DNA of 64,000 bases, from NCBI GenBank assembly GCA_963822145.1, contig CAWGGG010000004.1:1744426-1808425 (forward strand), read 5' to 3'. Positions within the stretch are counted from its first letter, which is position 1. Each line of letters opens with the position of its first letter. The notes beneath the pieces were generated by a model that worked only from the letters and a program-made list of their open reading frames with translations, was not told the origin of the DNA and did not search any database. The position numbers and the translations under genes are program-made. The stretch is from an uncultured Bacteroidales bacterium. Lineage in GTDB: Bacteria > Bacteroidota > Bacteroidia > Bacteroidales > UBA10428. This document shows positions 36,131-46,692 of this stretch, in pieces.

Positions 36131-37298
36131 TAAGGCCGTTATGGCTTTCAGGCAAACAGTATTTGTTGTGATTACCCTGTTAATCAGCACGCTGCCACAT
36201 CAGGGTGCTGATATTACGGTAGGTCTTTTTTATGGCAGGGAGGTTCAGTCTGTTGTGTTTTCAACGGTTGAGGGTGAATACCTGTTGACCGCCAACGGGC
36301 GACAGGTAGCCGTGATACGCCAGGGCGATATCTTTCATATTGAACTTACTCCATCCGGGCTGGAAGTTCACGACACCCTGCAATCCTACGGTGTGTTTAA
36401 AAACCTTGAGTTCAAAGGTGTTTCCGGTGACAATATCTTCCAGGTAAAGCCTGTATTTCCTGCCCTTCCCGCGAAGGAATCCGAGGATATATTGTACATA
36501 AGTCTCTTCAACGATGCCCTGATGCTCATTAACCGGCTCAGTCTTGAAAAATACATTCCCGGCACAGTGGAAGCCGAAGGAGGCTCTAATGCGGGCATTG
36601 AGTATTACAAAGCACAGGCTGTCCTGACACGTACCTTTGCGGTTAAGAATTTTTACCGGCATGCCCACGAGGGTTTTAACCTGTGTGATGGCGTGCACTG
36701 CCAGGCCTTTAATGGCAAAAGCCGGATGAACGCAAAGATCTATGCTGCCGTAAGTGCCACACAGGGTGAAATACTTACTGACCGCGCCAACGACCCGATA
36801 GTAGCCGCCTATCATGCCAATTGCGGCGGAATAACCGGAAATGCATCCATTGAATGGAACAGGGATCTGCCTTACCTGAGTCCGGTGAGGGATCCTTTTT
36901 GTGTTAAATCCGAACACCACAGCTGGATTAAAAACATCACACTGGCAGATTGGAATATTTACCTGCAAAAAAAAGGGTATTTCGGGGAACCTGAAAACCT
37001 TTACAGTACCATGGAGACGGGCCGTCAGAAGTACCTCGACAGGGCAAACAACAAGCTGCTGCTCACCGAAATCCGGACTGACCAAAAGCTTAAGTCCTCT
37101 TTCTTTCATGTAGAACCCGGCAATGGTTCAGTTACCTTGCGCGGTCACGGTTATGGCCATGGCCTTGGCATGTGCCAGGAAGGCGCCATGGAAATGGCCC
37201 GTGTGGGATATACTTATATGGATATTCTCATGTTCTATTTCCACAGCGTAAAAATTACACGGAATCAATCTCCCGTCCAACCCATTCCTGTCCCATGA
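36123..37298 (+). CDS. SpoIID/LytB domain protein
   Basis: 391 aa with YYKAQAVLTRTFAV...NLCDGVHCQAF and HGYGHGLGMCQEGA, which are typical of SpoIID-like amidase enhancers. Confidence 0.8.
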   Translation: MNNKAVMAFRQTVFVVITLLISTLPHQGADITVGLFYGREVQSVVFSTVEGEYLLTANGRQVAVIRQGDIFHIELTPSGLEVHDTLQSYGVFKNLEFKGVSGDNIFQVKPVFPALPAKESEDILYISLFNDALMLINRLSLEKYIPGTVEAEGGSNAGIEYYKAQAVLTRTFAVKNFYRHAHEGFNLCDGVHCQAFNGKSRMNAKIYAAVSATQGEILTDRANDPIVAAYHANCGGITGNASIEWNRDLPYLSPVRDPFCVKSEHHSWIKNITLADWNIYLQKKGYFGEPENLYSTMETGRQKYLDRANNKLLLTEIRTDQKLKSSFFHVEPGNGSVTLRGHGYGHGLGMCQEGAMEMARVGYTYMDILMFYFHSVKITRNQSPVQPIPVP

Positions 37299-39244
37299 TC
37301 TCTGTTGACAATCTGAGCATTTCTTTCGGCGGATCGTTTCTTTTCCAGAATGTTTCATTCATGGTAAGCAGTCATGATAAGGTTGGCCTGGTGGGTCGCA
37401 ATGGAGCAGGCAAAACAACCCTCCTGAAGATATTCATGGGCCTTCAGAAGCCCGATGAAGGCAAGGTCATGGTACCCAAGGGGATCAGGCTGGGATACCT
37501 TCCCCAGCAAATGGTAATCATCGACGATAAAACGCTTTTTGAGGAGGCCTGCAGCGCCTTCGATGAGATTCTTATACTGGAAGCTGAGATCAGGGAACTG
37601 AACCTGCAGATCACCACGCGGAGTGATTATGAATCGGCTGAATACATCGATCTTATCGAACAATTATCAGAAAAAACCGAACGGTTTCATATGCTTGAAG
37701 GCAGCAGCCGGGACCAGAAGATTGAGCAGGTCCTGTTAGGCCTGGGTTTCACCCGCAAAGATTTCAAAAGACACACCCGTGAATTCAGCGGTGGCTGGCG
37801 TATGCGGATTGAGCTTGCCAAAATTCTGCTCAAATCACCGGATGCCTTGCTGCTCGACGAGCCTACCAACCACCTCGACATCGATTCGATCCAGTGGCTG
37901 GAAGAATTCCTGCATGATTATCATGGCGCCGTGATCCTGATATCGCATGACCGAGTGTTCCTCGACCGTGTAACCATTCGAACCGTGGAGATCTCCCTGG
38001 GGAAAATTAACGATTACAGGGTGCCCTATACCCGGTATGTGGAGCTCCGGAAAGAACGGAGGGAACAACAGGCAGCGGCCTATAAGAACCAGCAGAAACT
38101 AATTGATGACACCCGCGACTTTATTGAACGGTTCCGGTATAAACCTACAAAATCGGTACAGGTTCAGTCTCGTGTCAAAATGCTGGAGAAACTCGACATC
38201 ATTGAAATTGATGAGGAAGATACGTCCTCCATCAACATCAGGTTTCCCGGTGCGCCCCGCTCCGGAGCCATTGTGGTGGAAGCGCGCGACCTTTCAGTCA
38301 GCTACGGATATCACAAAGTTTTGGATCAAATCGACCTTACCCTGCACCGCGGCGAAAAAGTGGCTTTTGTTGGCAGGAATGGGGAAGGAAAAACAACGCT
38401 TTCAAAAGTAATCATCGGTGATCTCCCCTCCGAAGGATCCCTGAAGATCGGACACCAGGTGAAAATCGGATATTTTGCCCAGACCCAGGATGAACTGCTG
38501 GATGGAAACAAGACGGTTTTGGAAACCCTGGATGAAGTGGCTGCAGGCGATATCCGAACCAAAATAAGGGATATTCTGGGCGCTTTTCTATTCAGCGGAG
38601 AAGATGTGGATAAAAAGGTCAGGGTCCTTTCGGGTGGTGAACGGTCGCGACTGGCCATGGCAAAACTGCTGCTGGAGCCTTGCAATTTGTTGGTGCTCGA
38701 TGAGCCCACCAATCACCTTGATATGCGATCGAAAGACATTCTGAAAAAAGCCTTGTTGAATTATGATGGCACACTTATTGCGGTTTCACACGACCGGGAG
38801 TTTCTCGACGGGCTGGTTAACAAGGTCTTTGAATTCGGAAAACAGAAAGTTAAGGAACACCTCGGCGGAATCTATGATTTTCTGGCCAAAAAGAAGTTGA
38901 TCACTCTGGCTGAGCTTGAAATAAAGGATAATCAAAAACAGGGCCCTGTCTTCAACCAAGAACCTCAGAGCAAACAGGCTTTCCTGGATAAGAAAGAATT
39001 TGACCGTGAGGTAAGGAAACTGGAGAACCAGATCAGAAAAGTCGAGATACATATAGAGGTATTGGAGCGGGAAATAGGCATCTTTGAGAACAAGATATCG
39101 GATCCGGCAGTTGATCCTGAAAGTATTAAAGCGCCTGGTTTTTATACCACTTACAATCAGCTGAAGGAAGATCTTGCCAGTCAGATGTCGCTTTGGGAAC
39201 AATTGCATGAGGACGTGGAGCTGCTTAAAAATAAAAGAATTTGA
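37295..39244 (+). CDS. ABC-F family ATPase (two ABC cassettes, no TM domain)
   Basis: The start MISVDNLSISFGG overlaps the SpoIID-like stop in an ATGA. Cassette 1 has GRNGAGKTT and FSGGWRMRIELA; cassette 2 has GRNGEGKTT and LSGGERSRLAMA. There is a C-terminal coiled coil. The track ORF (37172) includes a spurious 5' extension. Confidence 0.9.
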   Translation: MISVDNLSISFGGSFLFQNVSFMVSSHDKVGLVGRNGAGKTTLLKIFMGLQKPDEGKVMVPKGIRLGYLPQQMVIIDDKTLFEEACSAFDEILILEAEIRELNLQITTRSDYESAEYIDLIEQLSEKTERFHMLEGSSRDQKIEQVLLGLGFTRKDFKRHTREFSGGWRMRIELAKILLKSPDALLLDEPTNHLDIDSIQWLEEFLHDYHGAVILISHDRVFLDRVTIRTVEISLGKINDYRVPYTRYVELRKERREQQAAAYKNQQKLIDDTRDFIERFRYKPTKSVQVQSRVKMLEKLDIIEIDEEDTSSINIRFPGAPRSGAIVVEARDLSVSYGYHKVLDQIDLTLHRGEKVAFVGRNGEGKTTLSKVIIGDLPSEGSLKIGHQVKIGYFAQTQDELLDGNKTVLETLDEVAAGDIRTKIRDILGAFLFSGEDVDKKVRVLSGGERSRLAMAKLLLEPCNLLVLDEPTNHLDMRSKDILKKALLNYDGTLIAVSHDREFLDGLVNKVFEFGKQKVKEHLGGIYDFLAKKKLITLAELEIKDNQKQGPVFNQEPQSKQAFLDKKEFDREVRKLENQIRKVEIHIEVLEREIGIFENKISDPAVDPESIKAPGFYTTYNQLKEDLASQMSLWEQLHEDVELLKNKRI

Positions 39245-39279
39245 GTATTTTTACGAGTCTTCCATTTAACCGGATATTC

Positions 39280-40560
39280 ATGAAGCTTTCATTATATTGT
39301 TTGTTGGGATTAATGCTCCTGCCGGTAGCTTGCTTTACGCCAAAACCTGCGGCGAAGGAACCAGGGGTGATTAACCTGTCCAATATGTATAATCCGGTGA
39401 ATACGCGACTGCATCCGGCTTTCACAATATATCACGACTCTCCCACCTCGTCCCTGTTACTGATTAAGATTTTCCCCTCAGAACTCCTTTATTCAGGCAC
39501 CATTGAACCCAACAAACTTTTAGGAATGGTTCGCCTGACCTATCAGTTGAGCGATATTACCGAGCCTGAAAAACCAGTTGTGGCCGACTCAGGAAGAATC
39601 ACCTATAGTTTTGCACGTGAAAATGCAGATAAACGTTTCCTTACGCAGGTAGTATTAGCTGCCCAGGCTGGTAAGCGCTACCAGCTCATGGTCATACTAA
39701 AGGACCTGGTCAGAAGCGAGGAAATCCTGAATTATTTTTATCTGGATAAAATCTCCCCACTTTCGGAACAGAATTTCATGTTATTGGAAACTGTTGAAAA
39801 CAATCCCGTTTACCAACCCTATGTGGTAGGTGGCACCAAATTTAGGCTCAATTATTCCGGAGGCGCATATGATACCGTTTATGTGCGCTATTACGGCAAA
39901 GAGATCCCCATGCCCAAACCATCTTTTTCCATGAGCCGCGAAAGGGAATTCCTGGAAACATCCGACAGTATCTGGATCCTGCCTTTCAAAAATGGATTGA
40001 CCTACCAGCTCAATTACGAGGGTATCTATCATTTTCAGCTTGACACCAACCATACTGACGGTCTGACCTTGTTTAATTTCGGCACCGGCTTCCCCAGGAT
40101 CCAGGATGCCGAACACATGATCGAACCTTTGGCATACCTTGCCTCAACTGCTGAATATGAAGCTCTTAAAAAAGCAGCCAACCAAAAACTCGCCGTGGAT
40201 AATTTCTGGCTGGATAAGACCGGGAATGTTGAGAAGGCGCGGGAACTGATCCGGGTATATTATAACCGGGTGTTCTTTGCCAATTACTACTTCACTTCTT
40301 TCAAACCAGGATGGAAAACCGATCGTGGTATGATCTTCATTATCTATGGTCCGCCTCAGGCGGTCAAGGTAACAACCACACAGGAAAAGTGGATCTATTA
40401 CAAAAATAATTTCACCACAACGGTTACCTTTACTTTTGACCATACCCCCACTCCGTTTGCGCTTGACAACTATACCCTGCAGCGTGCCGAGAACTACGAC
40501 AGTTATTGGCGTCAGGCTGTAGACACCTGGCGCAGAGGTAATATTTTTATTATTGATTAG
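39280..40560 (+). CDS. GWxTD domain-containing lipoprotein
   Basis: Lipobox LLPVAC and the motif FKPGWKTDRGMIFIIYGPP. The start was set at the ATG at 39280 (MKLSLYCLLG). Confidence 0.75.
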   Translation: MKLSLYCLLGLMLLPVACFTPKPAAKEPGVINLSNMYNPVNTRLHPAFTIYHDSPTSSLLLIKIFPSELLYSGTIEPNKLLGMVRLTYQLSDITEPEKPVVADSGRITYSFARENADKRFLTQVVLAAQAGKRYQLMVILKDLVRSEEILNYFYLDKISPLSEQNFMLLETVENNPVYQPYVVGGTKFRLNYSGGAYDTVYVRYYGKEIPMPKPSFSMSREREFLETSDSIWILPFKNGLTYQLNYEGIYHFQLDTNHTDGLTLFNFGTGFPRIQDAEHMIEPLAYLASTAEYEALKKAANQKLAVDNFWLDKTGNVEKARELIRVYYNRVFFANYYFTSFKPGWKTDRGMIFIIYGPPQAVKVTTTQEKWIYYKNNFTTTVTFTFDHTPTPFALDNYTLQRAENYDSYWRQAVDTWRRGNIFIID

Positions 40561-40589
40561 TATATCCCGAACTGAGAGCGATCCTTACC

Positions 40590-41339
40590 ATGAAAGCAAA
40601 AACCAGTATAATTTTCGGCATCCATCCTGTAAATGAAGCTGTCAGATCAGGTAAACCCCTCGATAAAGTATTGCTTAAACATGGATTCCGGAATGAAATG
40701 GTTCCCGGTTTGTTTCCTGCCATGAAGGAACAAAATATACCCTATCAGTATGTTCCGGTTGAAAAACTCAACAGGCTAACCGGTAAAAATCACCAGGGCA
40801 TCGTTGCCCTCACATCCGAAGTGGAATATACAGATCTGGAAAAGCTCATACCGATTTTGTTTGATGAGGGAAAGCTGCCTGCAGTAGTCCTGCTTGATGG
40901 CATCACCGATGTACGCAATTTAGGCGCCATTTCACGAAGCGCCGAATGTGCCGGTTTCCATGCCATGATCCTTCCCGCCAAGGGTTCTGCCCAGATCAAT
41001 GCGGATGCCATTAAAACCTCGGCTGGTGCTTTGAATACCCTGCCTGTTTGCCGGGTTAATTCTTTGGCCGATACGGCAAAATATCTTCGGGAGAGCGGTT
41101 TTCAGCTGATTGCCGCAACTGAAAAAGCAGCGGATTATATCTATTCCCCTGATTTCACAAAACCAGTTGCCCTGATCATGGGATCGGAGGACACCGGTAT
41201 TGATCCCAGGCTGCTGAAAATGGCGGACATGGTAGTGAAGATCCCCATGTACGGGACCATTCAGTCGTTGAATGTAAGTGCTGCTGCTTCAGTAATTTTC
41301 TACGAAATCGTGCGGCAGAGAAATTTCCTGTCCCCATAA
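40590..41339 (+). CDS. rlmB: 23S rRNA (guanosine-2'-O)-methyltransferase RlmB-like (SpoU family)
   Basis: 249 aa with an N-terminal SpoU substrate-binding domain. SPOUT motifs are LIMGSEDTGI and IPMYGTIQSLNVSAAASV. Confidence 0.8.
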   Translation: MKAKTSIIFGIHPVNEAVRSGKPLDKVLLKHGFRNEMVPGLFPAMKEQNIPYQYVPVEKLNRLTGKNHQGIVALTSEVEYTDLEKLIPILFDEGKLPAVVLLDGITDVRNLGAISRSAECAGFHAMILPAKGSAQINADAIKTSAGALNTLPVCRVNSLADTAKYLRESGFQLIAATEKAADYIYSPDFTKPVALIMGSEDTGIDPRLLKMADMVVKIPMYGTIQSLNVSAAASVIFYEIVRQRNFLSP

Positions 41340-41391
41340 GAAAAGCTCTTGGGCGGCTTATGGACAATTGACAACCCTTTGAGAAGGGCCT

Positions 41392-41775
41392 TTACTTTTT
41401 ACCCCTGGCAGCTGCTTTTTCCAGGTTTTCCTGAACCCTGAACTTTACGATCTGTGCTATCAGGTCCAGCGGAAGCGGCTCACCAATTGGAAATTGCACC
41501 GACCCCCTGCCCTGTTGGTACCTGGCTAATTCAGTCCTGAATGCTTCTATCCCGGAAGGAACCGGGTAAAACCCGATATGATTTTTATAAGCAGCAAAAT
41601 GTACCAGATTGCCCTTCAGTGTGAAAGTGGGCATCCGATAGCTTATGGTCTCGGTTGCTCCGGGGGCAGCCTTTCTGATGGTTGCTCTCAGTTTCTGTAA
41701 GATTTTTTGAATTTCTTGCGGAAACCCTGCGATATACTCATCAATGGTTTTAGGAAGGGTTTTATCAGTTTTCAT
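41392..41775 (-). CDS. DUF1801 (YdhG-like) domain protein
   Basis: 127 aa. IDEYIAGFPQEIQKILQKLRATIRKAAPGATETISYRMPTF is typical of this family. Confidence 0.65.
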   Translation of the reverse strand: MKTDKTLPKTIDEYIAGFPQEIQKILQKLRATIRKAAPGATETISYRMPTFTLKGNLVHFAAYKNHIGFYPVPSGIEAFRTELARYQQGRGSVQFPIGEPLPLDLIAQIVKFRVQENLEKAAARGKK

Positions 41776-41802
41776 CCAAACAACGCTAAGAAGTTAAAGG
41801 AA

Positions 41803-42432
41803 TTATTCTTCGAAATCAAGATTTACGGGGTTCTCCGGTAGATCAAGCGGCAGCTCTGCTCCCACATTAAAAGGCTGGTTCAGATAATATGCTGTTCTGA
41901 ACACAGAACTGTCCACCACCTCAAACGATACATTATCCATCCAGGCTTTCCCCGTGTTAACAAGTACAAGTCCGTAATTGATCACACAGTTTGATTCTGG
42001 TACATCAAATACAATTACACATTTTGTCCAGGTTTTTGTTCCGTAAATTGGTCTGTCTTCCATATTATCAAAATCACCCATGACATCCAGATCATAATCA
42101 TCTACCCTCGCCCACATCAGGGCACGGGATTCAACTGGTGACAGGGTTTGAATATAACCGGTCATTCTAACCCGCTCACCTCTGTATGCGTCTCCACTGC
42201 AAAACTGCATCAGTGTACCAAATCCATCGATGGTATCCTTGATCGATTCGATAAATCCGCTCTGCTGACCATGATAAGCATACTGATTCTCACTACCGAT
42301 CCTATAATCTTGTGGCAGGCTCCCGGCCAGTATCCATCCGTGTGGATCAGGATTGTTATCTGTTTTGTCTTTCTCACAACCCAGTGAAAAGACAATGACT
42401 ATAAACACGAAGGAGAAAAGCAGTGATTTCAT
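41803..42432 (-). CDS. Hypothetical lipoprotein
   Basis: 209 aa with lipobox VFSLGC. I recognise no family. Confidence 0.5.
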   Translation of the reverse strand: MKSLLFSFVFIVIVFSLGCEKDKTDNNPDPHGWILAGSLPQDYRIGSENQYAYHGQQSGFIESIKDTIDGFGTLMQFCSGDAYRGERVRMTGYIQTLSPVESRALMWARVDDYDLDVMGDFDNMEDRPIYGTKTWTKCVIVFDVPESNCVINYGLVLVNTGKAWMDNVSFEVVDSSVFRTAYYLNQPFNVGAELPLDLPENPVNLDFEE

Positions 42433-42475
42433 AATGGTATGGATTAAAGGTTCAGGAAACAGATACCAGGAAAGT

Positions 42476-43390
42476 TTACCGCTCCTTCCGCCAAATCAGA
42501 GATGCCGCAATACTCATGCCAAGAATAACTGCAATTATAACCAGAGAAACAAAAGGATTAAACTTATAAAAATCAGTGATCAGCATTTTTATGCCTACAA
42601 ATGCCAGAATCAAAGCCAGTCCGTAATGCAGGTAAGTGAAATACTTCAGCGAACCGGCAAGGGCAAAGTAAAGCGACCTTAGGCCCAGTATGGCAAAAAC
42701 GTTTGAGGTATACACGATAAAAGGATCTGAGGTAATGGCTAAAATGGCCGGAATTGAATCCACAGCAAAAATCAAATCGGTACCCTCCACCAGAATCAAT
42801 ACCAGGAATAATGGAGTGGCAATAAGCTTGTTGTTTTGTTTAACAAAGAAACGCGCCTGATGGTAATCAGCAGTGAAAGGAATGACCTTTCGGATGAAGT
42901 TCAAAAATGAATTATTTTCAATATTGATCTTGGTCCCTTTATCCCTGGCTATTTTATATCCGGTATACACCAGGAAGGCTCCGAAAATATAAATGATCCA
43001 ATGGAATTTTTCAATCAGTGAAACACCGGCAAAAATGAACAGGGCACGCATGACCAGGGCACCGAGAATACCCCAGAAAAGCACTTTGTGCTGGTAGGCC
43101 GCAGGGACCTGGAAAGCGGTGAAGATCAGAACAAAAACGAAAATATTATCAATACTCAGAGATTTCTCAATGATATATCCGGTTAAAAATTCAATGGCCT
43201 TCACTTTTCCAAAAGAATACCATATAAACCAATTAAAAAGCAGTGCCAGCACTATCCAAATGCCACTCCAGATAATGGCCTCCTTAAACTTCACTTCATG
43301 CGCTTTCCGGTGAAAGACGCCCAGGTCAAGTCCCAACATGAATAAAACAAATACATTGAAAAAGATCCAAAGCATTATATTCTTATCCAT
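42476..43390 (-). CDS. TerC family integral membrane protein
   Basis: 304 aa and polytopic. EKSLSIDNIFVF and EGTDLIFAVDSIPA are TerC-type repeats. Confidence 0.85.
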   Translation of the reverse strand: MDKNIMLWIFFNVFVLFMLGLDLGVFHRKAHEVKFKEAIIWSGIWIVLALLFNWFIWYSFGKVKAIEFLTGYIIEKSLSIDNIFVFVLIFTAFQVPAAYQHKVLFWGILGALVMRALFIFAGVSLIEKFHWIIYIFGAFLVYTGYKIARDKGTKINIENNSFLNFIRKVIPFTADYHQARFFVKQNNKLIATPLFLVLILVEGTDLIFAVDSIPAILAITSDPFIVYTSNVFAILGLRSLYFALAGSLKYFTYLHYGLALILAFVGIKMLITDFYKFNPFVSLVIIAVILGMSIAASLIWRKER

Positions 43391-44014
43391 TTATTTGGTT
43401 TTTTTATGGAACGGATTAATGATCTTCAAAACTGGCAATGACACCAGCAAAAGAAAGCCAATCATAATGTAAACACTGTAGTTGATGAGCTCAGGATAGG
43501 CATCTCCAAGGAAATATCCGAGGGGTGCAAGCGTTCCGATCCATATAACGCCACCAAAAATGTTGAGGTAACTGAATTTTCGAAGTTTTATACCTGATGC
43601 TCCCGCCAGCATGGGGATCAGGGTTCGTATTACGGGCAAAAACCTGCCGATGATAAAGGCCCAGATGCCATATTTTTCATAAAACACATTCGTTTTTTCC
43701 AGGTATTTCTTCTTAAAAATCCTTGCGTCAGGTTTGCTAAAGAGTTTCGGTCCCAGCCACCGTCCTTTGGCATAACCTGTAAAATCACCAAGTACAGCAG
43801 CCAGGATCATGGATGAAACCAGAAGAACCAGCGGAATATCCAGATAATGGGTCCCACAGAGCAACCCTGCGGTAAAAACGAGGTAATCTCCCCCGGGCAG
43901 CACCAGACCCAGAAAGAATCCTGTTTCGAGATAGATAATGACCAGGAGCAGAAAGATCCCTCCATATTGTATCAAGTGAGCAGGATCACTATAGAGATGA
44001 AATATGTTGTCCAT
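43391..44014 (-). CDS. DedA family membrane protein
   Basis: 207 aa with ETGFFLGLVLPGGDYLVF and RFLPVIRTLIPMLAGASG. Its stop abuts the TerC start with a 0-nt gap. Confidence 0.85.
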   Translation of the reverse strand: MDNIFHLYSDPAHLIQYGGIFLLLVIIYLETGFFLGLVLPGGDYLVFTAGLLCGTHYLDIPLVLLVSSMILAAVLGDFTGYAKGRWLGPKLFSKPDARIFKKKYLEKTNVFYEKYGIWAFIIGRFLPVIRTLIPMLAGASGIKLRKFSYLNIFGGVIWIGTLAPLGYFLGDAYPELINYSVYIMIGFLLLVSLPVLKIINPFHKKTK

Positions 44015-44070
44015 ACCGATGGAACATGTTAATATACAAAAAAGTTCAAAAAAGCAATCCCAATTGTCTG

Positions 44071-44120
44071 AAAAAAAGCCATAATGAGCAATCCCGGACC
44101 GGGAAACTGCTCAGTATGGC
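44071..44120 (-). terminator. Rho-independent terminator after the GH30-like gene
   Basis: The minus-strand RNA forms an interrupted stem of about 19 bp (GCCAUACUGAGCAGUUUCCCGG-U-CCGGGAUUGCUCAUUAUGGC) followed by UUUUUUU. It lies 27 nt past the stop. Confidence 0.6.
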
Positions 44121-44146
44121 TATTCAGACAGAGCAGAAATTAAATC

Positions 44147-46189
44147 TTACTGTTTAACAGGATCATTAATAAGCGTGGTGTATGCAGATGCCGCCAGCAC
44201 GAAACTGGCACTACGCTCCCGCACAAGAATCTTCTCTGCCTTTTCCATTCCTTTTTCAGCATCAGTGATATAAAGCTGAAGCGCTTCAACCCCTTCGGGC
44301 AAACCCTTAATCGTTACCTGGCGTGCGGCTCCGTTATTCACGATATGCAGGGTATAAACCGCGTTCAGGACATCCCCAAATGCCGCACAACTGATATTGG
44401 GACGATTGCAGCGCACCGGAACAGCAAAGGAACCCTTCGGGGTCAGCCCCAGTTGTTTCAGGTTCCAGAAGCGCTGTGTGGGCCTCAGCGGGCCATTGTC
44501 TCCGTATAGCCCCATACCGGTCAATACGGAATAATCCGCAGTCAGTTGCCACTCCAGGATCGTAACCGGCTGGCAAAGGGCACATATGCGGATGTACTTG
44601 TCAATTTCATCGAGCTGAAACCAGGGCTGAAGGAATATCAGCGGATACCTGTGAGCGGCAGAATTAGAACCGCCTTCAGCAACCATGATCGGAAGGTTGG
44701 TTGCCGCGGCCGATTGTGCCCAGGCCATCAAGTCAGGTGTGGTAACCCCGTGATAGGTGTGAAATGATACTGCACCGGCATATTTGTGGAGACCGGGATC
44801 CTTTTCGATGATGCTCATAATTTTGTTTGCTTTTGCCGTTCCGGCACCCGTGTCGCCAATAAGCACCTTGGTTTTAAGTCCGTTTGATGCCAGGCATTCA
44901 CCAATGGCCTTTAACTGAAAGGCATGGTCCTCGGGAGTCTGGAATACTTCAACGCCATAATCCGATTCATTAAAGGAAAAGTAATCCGCCTCAATACCAT
45001 AAGTCTGTTTGACATATACAAAAAAGGAAGCTATTGATTTACTGATTTCCTGGATTCTGTCATTGTCCAGCACCAAACCTTTTGGAACCTTTTTATCCTG
45101 GTCAACCGCCCATGCTGGTGGCCACCATACTGAAAAAATAACCGGCATTTTTCTTTTTGCCAGTTCCACGGCCAGCTGCATCTGTTTCTCAAAGCGTTCG
45201 CTCAATTGACCTGATTGTGCAAGTTTCACCGGATCCATTCCGGCTTCAGGCTGCCATTCATCCCAGTAAAAAGGTACGCGGGCCCAGACAACATTCAGGT
45301 TGTTGAGACAGTATTGAATAACTGCAGGATCTTTATCCGGGAACTGCAATCTGAAATTGCCCCCAATTCCATCAAACGGCCTGCCAGGTTTTGTGACATC
45401 CATAACAATTTCGATTGGTTCCTTATCAATGGTACCGCTTGCTTTAATATCAAAAACCATATTCGCTTTCCTGCCTTTTTTGGGGGAATCCTTCAGTAGG
45501 GTGAAATAAATCTGATAGTTGGCCAAGGTCAGGTTCGGGTCGTGATCTGTAAAGATCTGACGGGGTGATGGATCGTTGAGATAAGCAGGTTGACTGATGA
45601 AATCACTTCGAAGGACAATTTCAATTGTATTTTTTGTGGATATAATGAACTCCCGTTTTTCGGAATGTATGATCATCTTGCTGGCTTTGACACGGGCCAA
45701 TTCACCCTGTTCATTTTTCTTCAATCCCGAAAGAGAAAGAATGCTGACATTTTTATCATCCTTAAAAAAGCTGATGGTGCCTGCAGAAAAAATCGCACCG
45801 GGTACTTCAACACAATAATACAAACCAGCAAGTTTCAATTCATCCATGATCTCAACCTTAATATCCACATGAGCAGAACTCATTGCTGTTTCTGTCATGG
45901 CGGTGGTAAATGCAACGGGCAATCCCAGCAATTCATGAGCAACAGTATGGGTTTTCCCTTCGATTGTATAGGTCTGTTCTCCTTCCCAGTTGTATTTCTC
46001 GGTCTGTACATACCCTTTCCAATCCGGAGTAACGGCACGCAGTGAAGATTCGAATTCCATCTTTTCACCATCAATATAAATACCGTTCACGTTGCCCCAG
46101 GGTGTGAATACCGGCTGGGCATCCAGTTCTATGAGCATAAAACCTGGGCAGAGTCCAAGCATTAAAAAAAGGCATACTAAAGTCTTCAT
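44147..46189 (-). CDS. Putative secreted glycoside hydrolase (clan GH-A, GH30-like) with an N-terminal accessory domain
   Basis: 680 aa with a signal peptide. FDGIGGNF, SFNESDYG (candidate acid/base NE) and IMVAEGG (candidate nucleophile) occur in TIM-barrel order. Family assignment is tentative. Confidence 0.5.
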   Translation of the reverse strand: MKTLVCLFLMLGLCPGFMLIELDAQPVFTPWGNVNGIYIDGEKMEFESSLRAVTPDWKGYVQTEKYNWEGEQTYTIEGKTHTVAHELLGLPVAFTTAMTETAMSSAHVDIKVEIMDELKLAGLYYCVEVPGAIFSAGTISFFKDDKNVSILSLSGLKKNEQGELARVKASKMIIHSEKREFIISTKNTIEIVLRSDFISQPAYLNDPSPRQIFTDHDPNLTLANYQIYFTLLKDSPKKGRKANMVFDIKASGTIDKEPIEIVMDVTKPGRPFDGIGGNFRLQFPDKDPAVIQYCLNNLNVVWARVPFYWDEWQPEAGMDPVKLAQSGQLSERFEKQMQLAVELAKRKMPVIFSVWWPPAWAVDQDKKVPKGLVLDNDRIQEISKSIASFFVYVKQTYGIEADYFSFNESDYGVEVFQTPEDHAFQLKAIGECLASNGLKTKVLIGDTGAGTAKANKIMSIIEKDPGLHKYAGAVSFHTYHGVTTPDLMAWAQSAAATNLPIMVAEGGSNSAAHRYPLIFLQPWFQLDEIDKYIRICALCQPVTILEWQLTADYSVLTGMGLYGDNGPLRPTQRFWNLKQLGLTPKGSFAVPVRCNRPNISCAAFGDVLNAVYTLHIVNNGAARQVTIKGLPEGVEALQLYITDAEKGMEKAEKILVRERSASFVLAASAYTTLINDPVKQ

Positions 46190-46236
46190 AGGAGTATTAT
46201 ATTTTCTGGTTGAACTTTCATTTAAGCTGCACGCAT

Positions 46237-46692
46237 TTAAATACCGAGCTCACGTATGGCTTTTTGCACGATTTCAAGGTCACTGGATCCCCGGAAACCA
46301 CTAAATCCAATGGATAAACGCGTGCCGTCTTTCAAAATTACAGGTTGCCCCCCCGGCCATCCAATAAAATCGGGAGGCTGAATGCCAAAATCTTTCTCGT
46401 TCAATTCACCGTTGAAGATCTTCCGTTCAAATTCAACCGTTTTCATGCCGGTGATCCATACCTGACTGGCCTTGGTCCAGGCAATCTGAAAGGTACGCCT
46501 CGTCGGTATTTTATCCTTACCGTACAGGCGGCCATATACGTTGCCTTCTTCATCGATGATGCATATGGCAACATTCCCTTCTGAAAAGGCATCTTTTGGA
46601 TCGGCAACGTAAGCGGGTATCAGCTTTTCGGCTGCTGTCATGATGGCTTCAATTTGTTCCTTTACAATTTGTTTTTTCATAGGATATCGCAT
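46237..46692 (-). CDS. GlcG/HbpS-like (DUF336) protein
   Basis: 151 aa. WPGGQPVILKDGTRLSIGFSGFRGSSDLEIVQKA resembles the GG..G.iGvSG...D motif of the family. Confidence 0.55.
   Translation of the reverse strand: MRYPMKKQIVKEQIEAIMTAAEKLIPAYVADPKDAFSEGNVAICIIDEEGNVYGRLYGKDKIPTRRTFQIAWTKASQVWITGMKTVEFERKIFNGELNEKDFGIQPPDFIGWPGGQPVILKDGTRLSIGFSGFRGSSDLEIVQKAIRELGI

Noticed and set aside
37172-37294. 5' extensions of track ORFs: 37172 (ABC-F), 39241 (GWxTD), 22742 (HU), 33896 (SurE), 56434-56532 (GNAT) and 16816 (hybrid kinase)
   Set aside because: The extensions overlap upstream genes or add non-homologous residues. Internal ATGs give canonical N-termini (MISVDNLSISFGG, a lipoprotein signal, [13 protein letters not shown]...LVTNDDG). 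The internal starts were used.
41369-41386. Terminator between the convergent rlmB and DUF1801 genes (cccttt-gag-aaggg)
   Set aside because: The stem is only 5 bp and there is no U-tract on either strand. That is too weak to annotate.
43391-44146. yybP-ykoY (Mn2+) riboswitch controlling the TerC-family gene
   Set aside because: The TerC gene directly abuts the DedA gene with no leader. The 132-nt region upstream of DedA is largely occupied by the terminator hairpin of the preceding gene and shows no recognisable riboswitch core.
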